DNA from: Catajapyx aquilonaris
Taxonomy: Eukaryota
DNA length: 20,000 bases
Direction of reading: 5' to 3'
Assembly: GCA_000934665.2 (NCBI GenBank)
Contig: JYFJ02001977.1
Coordinates: 45,388-65,387, forward strand
The notes under the pieces were generated by a model. That model did not search any database. It was not told where the DNA came from and worked only from the letters and a program-made list of their open reading frames with translations. Positions 1 to 9,207 of this stretch are shown in pieces (position 1 is the first letter of the stretch; the number at the start of each line of letters is the position of its first letter). The position numbers were made by a program, and so were the translations under genes.

Positions 1-52
1 CTTATTGTGTTCTCTGTATTTCCCTGACCTTATTTCTGGTTTCTGTCACCAG

Positions 53-130
53 CGCAAGGCCTTTCTGTTTGGAGGGAGATATATCTATGGAATATTGCAG
101 CAGCTAAGAGACGGGCTTGACTGTCCCTGA
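53..130 (+). CDS. Possible terminal coding exon of an upstream plus-strand gene (frame and product unknown)
   Basis: A pyrimidine-rich tract ends in CAG at 50-52. All three frames then run 17-25 codons to a stop (e.g. RKAFLFGGRYIYGILQQLRDGLDCP* or QGLSVWREIYLWNIAAAKRRA*), followed by UTR-like sequence with AATAAA at about 866-876. No protein family recognised. Confidence 0.25.
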   Translation, partial: RKAFLFGGRYIYGILQQLRDGLDCP

Positions 131-2371
131 TCTGCTGCAAAGAAAAGTTAATCCCCTTTCAATGCTTATGAAAGAAATGCTACTGATGGACCTTCATAAG
201 TGGGAGTAAGTTCCAACGTATGACCTACTGAAAATGCAAGTCAAAAAATAGTACCCTCATGGAATATTTAAGTTTGGTCAGTAGGAATACCCAAGTTAAT
301 CGATATATTGCGGGAATAATTCAGTGATTTTTGGCAAGTCTTTGATGAATTAAAAAATCATTTGACAAGGTTGAAAACTGATGTTGCAGTTTCCTAATTA
401 TGATATACCCAGAAAGTTGTTGAATGTGTGCAATTTGGGAGGCAAGAAATGTCCCATGAACATTCTTGAATCAAAATAACATTGAAGGTGCAGTGTTTAG
501 ACTAGTTCATTAAATGCAGATACTTTAAAAGAGTCCCCGCCACCTGTTGGAAAGGTGTTCAAGAGCAGTTACAGTTTTATTGTTGAAGCATCACTTTGCC
601 ATGACAAAATGGTAGTGCAATCCAGACGGTGGGGTGGGAGCATATTAAGGAAACTGATCAAGCCATTTCAATACTTATTTTTAATGTTACCAGGTTTATG
701 GAGTTGACATCACAAATCCGGCAAATGAGACACTTAAACAGCTCTCATTGCCATGTTTTCGTAGAAATCAACCCTTTTGGAACTGTAAAACTAAAACTTT
801 GACTGAAAATAGTGCCTCAAAAGAACTAGCATGTTTCAGGTGATAGCTTTAGAAATCATCTCAAAAAATAAATAAAAAAACTTAGTACCAAACCAAAGAT
901 CAAGGGAAAATGTCCATAAGGATATTTTTGAAAACACTTTTGGCCCGAAAAATTCTTCACTATATGTGGTTCTGGATTAATGAAGATCAGCACTTAACTG
1001 GCACCCCAAGATCTGAAACATAATGTGAATGACGCTCACTGGACTGGTTAGGACCCATCTACACAATGGAGAAAAAAATCAACTGAAATACATGTGTGTG
1101 GAAGTGCGGAGAAAGTGAATGACAAACTAGTTTTCTAATCATTCGTAGCATTGGAACCATTTGATTTCTTGCTTGGCACAGCATAACTACAGCACATTAT
1201 CTTGAATTTATTTTTTACTAGTGTATATTCCCCTCCCCCCCTTCTCCCATGGTGCTTTTCTTTTTGTAAATCCCTGTCCAAAAGAATGGCTCAACTATTT
1301 ATTTCACAACTTGAGTATTGTGTGAGTATATGTAAAATTGAATGTATGTATGGGCACGTATGTTCTGTGTACAAGTGTGAATGAGCGTATGTACCATGCA
1401 TATGTTTTTTTGAGTAGCTGCCCGAATCATACCAGAAACAATATCCTCCCACAAAAGATAAATCTAATTAAGAAAGAGCTTAAAAGACGGGACCAAAGGA
1501 TTTCATGTCGACTTTAGAAACAGAAAAAACGAGGTAAGTGGAACAAGAATCGAGTGAACAATGTGCCCCTCCCTCATCCAACTCCCCAAAAAATAATGCA
1601 CTGGCAAAAAAAAAAAGAATAATAATTGTAAATGTATCCCAGAAACCAGATGGATGTAACATCACTGTCATCAAATTAATGCACTTTTGTAGGGAAAAAA
1701 ATTAACTCCTCCCGTTTCCTGAAAATCAATTGATTTCAAAGGTACCAAAAACTGGCCACTTGTGCCTGTAGCGTAGACTTTTGGTGCGTGATTGTGAGAA
1801 TGAACTTTTTGAACCCTGTTTTGTTGACTTATCTGTTCATTTACTGTCCCTTTTTTTTACTGTGTAGCTACTCATCATTCTGTACATGTCTTCCAATTTG
1901 CACTCAAATAATCAAGCCCAGAGATAAGAATTGGGGGCATCAATTCATTTGGGGAATTTTTTCTTGGTGGCAAAATTCTGTTTCCTACCTGTAATAGACG
2001 TGTAATTTTTTGACAAAGTTGAAATTGTTCGATTTTGCTATCCTTATTTTTTGTACAAGTGCAGTTTTTTTTCTTGAACCCCACCAAAGTAGGCAGATAA
2101 AATGTGTGGCCCATAAGGTTGACGTTTTTGAACAGTTGATATGGAATTTGGCTTTTATTTGCATCACCTGTTTCCCACCCTTTTTTTTTAAGTTGTTACA
2201 TTTGCTCAGCAAAATGAAGGATGTTGGAAAAAAAAAAGAGAATGCTCTAACTCTTCAAGATGTGATCTCCACAGCGTATATATACATGTCAGGATCCGTA
2301 CACCAACAATAACCTCCCATTTCATCAGTCTTTTTGTTCACTTTTTTCAGCCAATAAAAAAAAGGTCACGA

Positions 2372-4188
2372 TTAGGGCAATGGCAAGCCCAATGTTTTTC
2401 GAACAATCCTTGTTGCAATGCGATTAAACTCATCTCGGTTTTCTCGCCACATTTTGGCAGCATCAACATTTGCTCCACTCTCATCATTGGGCTCTGGAAA
2501 AAAAAAACTGAAATTTTGAAACAAGTTGAGACAAAATGATTGTGCAAACTGTTCCTTACCAGCCAGCATGCTGATAACTGAAAGCAAGATCTTTTCCACT
2601 GACTGGACAGGACTCCATCTCTCAGCACTGGATTCGTATCCCATTGGATCATCTCCCGGGGCATGCAGGATCGATATGCAGACACGCCCATCAGGATAAA
2701 CTGAAAAATTGTGGACGTTAATCATGGAAGTGTGATGGGATGAGGCGACACTTACTATTTGGGTGGAACATGTCACAAGTGAACTGCATTTTTGGCGGAC
2801 TCAAAGGGTAGTCGGGAGGGAAGAGCAGCTTGGCGGGAAACACTCCACCTTCAAAGCACGTGCCCTCTGGACCCCTGGTAAAGAAAATAAGTAAAGGGTG
2901 CATTGAAATTAAAATCACAAGTATCCTTGTCAATCTGACAAAAGGATGAATTCAACATTTTTGCTAAAATCTTATTTTGGGCTCTGCCAGCGCCCTCAAG
3001 TGTTCAGTCACATTCTGACAAAATGCTGAACCCATGAGACAAATGGCGGCACAGTTAGAACGGAAAATCAAAACGCCATCCTATGTATGTATAGCAGTTT
3101 GCTCGTTTGCAGGTTTCTTTAGGCTCTGTAAAATTATGAAAATGTTGAATTCGCCTCTTTTGTCAGATCAATGATAATATGCACTAACAATGACGCACCA
3201 ACAAAAATTCTTAATTTGCGAATTATAACAGCTGGAACCCCAAATGGATTGTAGAGGTAATTAAATTTCACATCCTCTCATCTTTAAGGAACAGCCCAGA
3301 AAGCAAATGTACATTTTTGTACCAATTAGAAGCAGACAACACAGGAAATTAGAATGAGTAGTCATATTGACATTCTGCAAAACACTATGTGCACCATACT
3401 AACATTTGAAGACTGTGGGGGAAAAACATGATAACTGACATTTTTGTCATTTTTTACCTGAACACCTAGCAACTATGTATAAGACATGACAAACAGTTTG
3501 GTATACTCCAAGTTCATGTATCATGCATGAGACGGCCACACGGACTAGATCACAACCAGCATTCCCTATGATTTGTTAAGAAAATTCAAACTTCAATTCG
3601 CTCTCCTGAAAAATTACTCTTTTGTCAGTTATCACGTTTTTCCGCCACAGCCCTCATTTCATTTGATGTAAAACTCCACTTGCATTACAAATTATGCCAG
3701 ATACTGTTCGATGTCAAGAAAGACCTCTTTGCTAACTGGGCTGGTTACGAAGTACATCGATTTACACAGCAAGCATTACTGATAATTGCAGCCTGTTATT
3801 TCATGATGAGAGGTGAGCAATGACACAGCACATACGTGATGAGAGCTTCCCACTCGAAGAAGTTTTCCTCGTTGACCGGGCCAGCTATTATTCCTTCAGG
3901 TGGATTCAGCGTCAGTTCTGTGGGCGATACGCAGCATAAGTCAATGTATGAAAGGGCAATAAAATAAAATAAGTTCAATAAAAAGTAAACAATGCTGTGT
4001 TGCGATTTGCATCCTATGAAAATTCAGTCATGCTCATAACAACACTGCCGCTCGCAATGTAATATTGTGTGCCTCCCAGACTATACGTTTTTAAGCTCTT
4101 CAAGAGGAGTGACATGCAGGTAGGACTAGCTGAAACGGTACATACGCTTGTACTCTGCCATCAGCCGTCGCAAAGCTGACCCTGCCAT
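2372..4188 (-). CDS. UBE2G2: Ubiquitin-conjugating enzyme E2 G2 (Ubc7 family, ERAD E2), 5 coding exons, 168 aa
   Basis: Exons 4188-4146, 3917-3836, 2874-2756, 2700-2560, 2493-2372; all GT-AG; 507 nt. Joined protein [58 protein letters not shown]...[67 protein letters not shown]...LGLPLP*. It has the HPN motif, the catalytic Cys and the acidic loop typical of UBE2G2/Ubc7. Confidence 0.97.
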
Positions 4189-4609
4189 CTTGGTACGTGT
4201 TGTACTTCTCTTCTATTGAGGCCACTCTCTGACCTTCAAAGGCCGCAGACATGTTTGAACTCCCCGCTCAAACCAACCAATCACACGACATCAGAGCTCC
4301 AACATGGCGCCTTCAACCAGAAATAATTAATTATTCACATTTTTAACAGTTTGCAACACATTTTCATAAGCCAATCATTGTTTTATTACATTTAGTAACT
4401 ATATTAATTAAATGTAGTTATATTTTCGTTGATTTAATTGTCCGATGGTGAGGTCCTCTGTCGGTGGCCGCAGCAGGAGTCGAAAAAGGCGTTCGGCGTC
4501 CCAGCACGTGGTTCGCGTCTACTTCCACTTCGCTTTGCTTCCGCGAGCCCGCCCCTGGGCCGCCCCCAGGCGTGTTGAACCCAGCGGACGCCACCTGCTG
4601 ACTGCAGCC
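4189..4609. promoter_or_regulatory. Bidirectional promoter and 5' UTR region shared by UBE2G2 and NOP58
   Basis: 421 bp lie between the divergent start codons. The region has CCAAT boxes (4277-4281, 4371-4375), a YY1-like AACATGGCG (4301-4309), a canonical E-box CACGTG (4505-4510), an AT-rich core at about 4320-4440 and a CpG-rich stretch at 4440-4700. Confidence 0.75.
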
Positions 4610-7600
4610 ATGCTGGTGCTGTTCGAGACTTCGGCGGGTTTCGCCATCTTCAAGGTAAAAGGACCACCGGCGACCCAGGCCTAAACGCAATATGGGGGGG
4701 CACACTTTTTTTTTGTGTTCCAACAGAGTTTATCTTGAGGTTCGGGCGAAAGTCCGTCTTGTCAGCCTTTTTTTTATATAGTGGAAGATCATGCTGGGAG
4801 GTGTTGTCATGAGCTGCACTAGTTGCATTGTTGGATTGGGAGATGATTTAAGAAAATTGTATTGTAGGTGCTGAATGAGAAGAAGCTTCAGAAGACTGAC
4901 AATCTCTTCAAGGAGTTTGAAACGCCAGAGAAGGCCAGCCAAATGTGAGTAGTTGATTGTATTGGAACAAACATATCGCCTCAACTGTTAGTGACATTAG
5001 ATGTATTTTATGGCACGTCTCTTTGAGGTGCATGATCACATTATTAATATTGTGTTTATTGAGGGAGACGGAGTGGCGCCGCGGAAACGCGTGCGCCCAC
5101 GGAAGTTAAGGTCCCGGGTTCAATCCCCACCCGGGGTTCCCACCTTCTTTCGTGCAGAGTTGGGCCATCTCTGGCTTCGTTTCGGGTGGCAATTTCCGAT
5201 AGACTAAGCCACCCGGGGGAGTTCACAAAATGACCAATTAACGACAGCGCACTTGCACTTCGCACATCCCCTCCTAATTACCCTTGGAGCAATTAGATAT
5301 ACGTATATGTATCGCTCCAAACCACAAATGGTGGTAACCCACCCCCCTAGAAATGGCCTATCGGTCAGATAACGGGGTACAGGGGGGGGAAGAAAAAAAA
5401 GTGTCTATTGAACATTTATTTTCGCATGGTTTACATGATAAAATCATTGTTGTATTGGTAATGTGGCATTGCTAATATGTGCACAGAGTTGTGACTAGTA
5501 TGGTGAGTATGTAATTTTGACAAATGACAAAGGCAAATGGCTACACATACCACATGTTTCAAAGTTGGGTTTACATATGTATTGGTAAAGACCTAACCCT
5601 TATGGATGCTCATTTCCACACTTGTTGAGCAAAATTCCCACCAATACCAATGTGACCTCAGTTGTGACACAGCATACTTTTCGCCTCTTTTGAAACCAAA
5701 TTTTGTTGATGACAGTGTGAAGCTGCGAGACTTCCGCAAGTTTAGCGACATGACTGAGGCCCTTGGAGCAGCGACTGCCACAGTGGAAGGGAAGCTGTGC
5801 AAGCCACTTAAGAAGATTCTCAAGTCAGTTGCTGCAGAGGCACTTCAGGAGGAGCTTGCTGTGGCAGACTCAAAGCTTGGAAATGTGATCAAGGAGAAGC
5901 TGAACCTGCCTTGCGTGTCCAACAATGCCGTTCAAGAGCTGATCCGGTGCATCCGATCACAGGCAGATGGACTTCTAGGAGACCTTCCCAACAGTCAGAT
6001 GGCTGCCATGTCTCTTGGTCTGGCCCATAGGTAACACTCCATTCCAGAGCATATTATTTTATGAGCCTTGACTCTTTCAATACCTTAAATTATTTTTCCA
6101 GTTTTTCGCGCTTCAAGCTCAAGTTCAGTCCAGACAAGATTGACACCATGATAGTGCAGGCAGTGAATCTTCTGGATGACCTAGACAAGGAGCTCAACAA
6201 TTATACCATGAGGTGTAAGGAGTGGTATGGGTGGCATTTTCCAGAGGTGGCTAAGATCATAACTGACAACATGGCATATGTTAGGACAGTTAAGGCTATG
6301 GGTGAGTTGACTCTTAGGCTTCTTTATAATAATCGTAATTATAGTAATCAGGGTCCTAGTTTGCTTGTGCATACTTCAGACGTATAGCGCAGGCATTTAT
6401 TGTTCATAAAGTATGCAAGGAATTGTTGCATAATCCTGTGTCCATGAGAGGGGATGACATACTGGAAGAAAAAATGAATGTGCAATGTCAAAGTGCAGCT
6501 TTGTGTGTTCATGGACAGTTATTCAAGCACACATAATATCATCCGTCCCCCCTCACCCCCCAACTTTCATATATCTGTTTTGCAGGAATGAGAACGAATG
6601 CTGCTGACTTTGACTTCTCAGAGATTCTTCCCGAAGATATTGAAGCACAGCTCAAGGAAGCAGCAGAGATCTCGATGGGAACTGAGATAACTGAGGAAGA
6701 CATTGACAATATTCGACACCTTTGCGACCAGGTAAAAATGTTAATTTTAATTGTCACTGATAAAAGAGGCTTAACATTAATCACAATCTATTGCTGTTTT
6801 CTTCTTCTAGGTGATTGAGATCACAGAATATCGAGTCCAATTGTATGAATATTTGAAGAATCGAATGCTGGCTGTAGCTCCTAATCTTACCGTCATGGTG
6901 GGCGAGTTAGTTGGTGCCAGGCTAATCTCTCACACAGGTGAGATTACCCACAACATGCCTTCTTTCCCAGATTTGACCAAATGCAGTTGTAATACAGTGA
7001 AACCTGCCCATTGCGGGCCCTGGGTATAGCGAAAACCTATCCATTGCGGGAATTTTTCTGGGAATGGCTGTATGCATAGGGCAAGCCTATCCATTATCCA
7101 TTAAGGAAAATGTTTGGGGTCCCGTGCAATTACACAGGTTTCACTGTACTATTAATTTGTCATACACTCATGTACGGGTCTTCAATTAGCTCTGGGGACG
7201 GAAATGGGACTTTTAACTGTAACTGTGGGGACATTTTCAAATAGTGGGGACATTTCTCGTCCCCACAATTGAGTTCACCGGTTGGGTACATACATAGTGG
7301 GGACATGGCCCCACAATTGGGTCTGTTTAAAAACCATTTATCTCAGCCTAGGTTAGTTAGGGTAGGGTAGGTTAGGTATGTTAGGTTAGGTTGGGTTAGG
7401 TCAGGTCAGGTCATGTTAGGATAAACTAGGTTTCAAAAGCTGTGTTAGCCATGTCCCCACAGCTTATGGCGTGCAAACATGGGTGATCTGATGATTGCAC
7501 ACATGTGTACAGTGTTGGACATTAATCGAGGCATATTTCTAGCGACATTTTCCGAAGCGGCAGAAAAAGGAATCGAAGATAAGGAAACAGCAAGATTCCT

Positions 7601-8983
7601 TCTGCCACTTCGGAGAATGTCGCTGGCAGTATGCCTTGATTAATGTCCAACACTACATGAATGTAATGACAATTCTTTAACATTCCTTGAATAATTGATG
7701 ATGTGAAACAATATTATTTTTAGGACAAATGATAAGTAATGCATCCTACTGGTTCTACAGAATATAATGTCAAAGATTGGCCCAGTTGCAGATTAAGTAA
7801 TTTCAACTATTAATTTATGCTTACTCCTGTGCTACATACAGTAAATTGTTGTACACTCATTACATTCAGGGCTGACCATACATATCTGAACTGTAACACA
7901 TTCCCTTCCTTTCCAGGCTCTCTCTTGGAGTTAGCAAAACGCCCAGCATCCACTGTGCAGATCCTCGGGGCAGAGAAGGCATTGTTCCGTGCCTTGAAGA
8001 CGAAATGTGACACTCCCAAATTTGGTCTCCTGTATCATGCTCAAATGGTGGGCGCTGCCAGCACACGGAACAAGGGGAAGGTAGCGAGGATGTTGGCGGC
8101 TAAAGTGGCTTTGGCAGTGAGGGTAGATGCCCTTGGGGAGGACGTGGGCGCAGAAATGGGGGTGGATAACAGGGCCAAGCTGGAGGTTAGGTTGAAGCAG
8201 CTGGAGAAGGGAGATATGAGGAGGGTCAGTGGCACAGGGAAGGCCCAGGCCAGATTTGATCGCTACGAGAATAAGAGGTTAGTTTTGATGTGCAAGGGTG
8301 GAATTGTGCTTGTAATGCATTGGTGTCACTTGCTGATTGGTTTTCTCCTTGCAGTGAAGTGCACCTTTACCCAAATGCTGCAGACAGCACTGTTCCATCA
8401 TCGTCTGGAAAACGCAAATGGGGAGGTGAGGATGAGGAGGAGGAGCAGTGGGAAGCAAAGCCCAAGAAATTAAAGGTTGAGGTCAAGGAAGAGGAGGAGG
8501 AGGAGAATGAAGAGGAAGCAGAGGAGGTGCCATCTCCAAAGAAGAAGAAAAGGAAGTCCAAAGTGAAACAGGAGGAGGACGCAGACACCACTCTTAACAA
8601 TTCACAAGGTAACGTCTTCCTTTAGCCACACTTTAAATACATTCCACTTGCGTTGCCCTTTAACAATTCGGTAGCATAATGCTCTGCAAAGCAGAAGCTG
8701 CAACGTTTGCAAAAGTACTAGGAACGAAAATAGACATTTTTATGACAAATGGTATCACAAACCAAGGAACTTGATGCAGTACTGATGAACGGAATTAATC
8801 TTTGCAGAAGAAACACCATCTGGAGAGAAGAAAAAGAAGAAGAAGAAAACTAAGGTGGAGGTGACCGTGAAGGAGGAAGCAGACGATACGGCTGAGCTGG
8901 ATACAACAGCAGCTGACGAAGGAGCAGAGGAAGGCACGAAGAAGAAGAAAAAGAAGAAGAGGAAGACTGAAGACGCTAGCTAG
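4610..8983 (+). CDS. NOP58: Nucleolar protein 58 (box C/D snoRNP core protein, Nop5/Nop58), 9 coding exons, 566 aa
   Basis: Exons 4610-4654, 4868-4944, 5716-6030, 6102-6301, 6586-6731, 6811-6937, 7917-8277, 8355-8608, 8808-8983; all GT-AG; 1701 nt in frame. It starts [15 protein letters not shown] and contains [82 protein letters not shown] and a K/E-rich tail. Confidence 0.96.
5063..5400 (+). mobile_element. tRNA-derived SINE (tRNA-Arg(ACG)-like head), 338 bp, in NOP58 intron 2
   Basis: A box TGGCGCCGCGG (5074-5084), B box GGTTCAATCC (5117-5126) and an anticodon-loop remnant CCACGGA (5097-5103). The A-rich tail ends at 5400. An 11-bp TSD with one mismatch flanks it: GTGTTTATTGA (5052-5062) and GTGTCTATTGA (5401-5411). 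Confidence 0.88.
6995..7146. mobile_element. MITE of Tc1/mariner-pogo type (TA target), 152 bp
   Basis: Perfect 12-bp TIRs CAGTGAAACCTG (6995-7006) and CAGGTTTCACTG (7135-7146), each flanked by TA (6993-6994, 7147-7148). An internal repeat AAACCTRYCCATTGCGGG occurs twice. Confidence 0.85.
7175..7466. mobile_element. Non-autonomous element with TGGGGAC inverted/direct motifs and an internal (TTAGG)n-like microsatellite (possibly Helentron/HINE-like; boundaries approximate)
   Basis: AGCTCTGGGGAC (7188-7199) matches the inverted GTCCCCACAGCT (7453-7464) at 11/12. GTGGGGACAT recurs at 7225, 7244 and 7297. The unit ATAGTGGGGACAT..CCCCACAATTG is duplicated. A degenerate TTAGG/TCAGG array spans 7349-7420. 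Confidence 0.6.
7349..7420 (+). repeat. Degenerate (TTAGG)n/(TCAGG)n pentamer array
   Basis: taggttagttagggtagggtaggttaggtatgttaggttaggttgggttaggtcaggtcaggtcatgttagg. Confidence 0.9.
7510..7655. mobile_element. Fold-back (palindromic) MITE-like element with 55-bp inverted arms
   Basis: Arms 7511-7565 and 7600-7654 pair with 49 Watson-Crick pairs, 4 G-T and 2 mismatches. The ends CAGTGTTGG...CCAACACTA resemble hAT-type termini. The flanks CATGTGTA and CATGAATG are only a partial TSD. Confidence 0.7.
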
Positions 8984-9201
8984 AGATATCGGAGATATAT
9001 ACCCCACATTTTTATCTCCTTTTTTTCGTTCTTTTATTGTGTCGTTTATAAGGGGTGAAGCCTTTTCCCATTACATTGTAACAATACTACATTCCCCCTC
9101 ACAATTATGGTTTGCTGAGTATTGCATTGGACATATACAGTACAATCAACGTCTGTACCGACCTATTTTTTCCAAGCTTGTGTCGATTGTCTTGACAGTG
9201 G

Positions 9202-9207
9202 AATAAA
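9202..9207 (+). terminator. Probable NOP58 polyadenylation signal
   Basis: First AATAAA after the NOP58 stop, about 220 nt downstream, following a U-rich 3' UTR. Confidence 0.55.

Noticed and set aside
2986..3052. CTCF-like GCGCCCTCAAGTG and YY1-like AAATGGCGGC in UBE2G2 intron 2
   Set aside because: Imperfect short matches without independent support.
5063..5135. Functional tRNA-Arg gene
   Set aside because: Anticodon and acceptor stems do not pair, and it continues into a body, A-tail and TSD, so it is a SINE head.
7175..7466. CRISPR-like array or true telomere from the repeated GTGGGGACAT/TTAGG units
   Set aside because: Eukaryotic intron; repeats are short, irregularly spaced and in both orientations; the TTAGG tract is short, degenerate and internal.
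4655..8807. Box C/D snoRNAs in NOP58 introns (TGATGA at about 7489, 7696, 8783; CTGA at about 7872, 7886)
   Set aside because: No C/D pair with 60-120 nt spacing, a terminal stem and a recognisable rRNA-complementary guide.
8041..9007. Minus-strand Ser/Phe/Leu-rich ORFs
   Set aside because: Antisense shadows of the NOP58 coding exons and K/E-rich tail.
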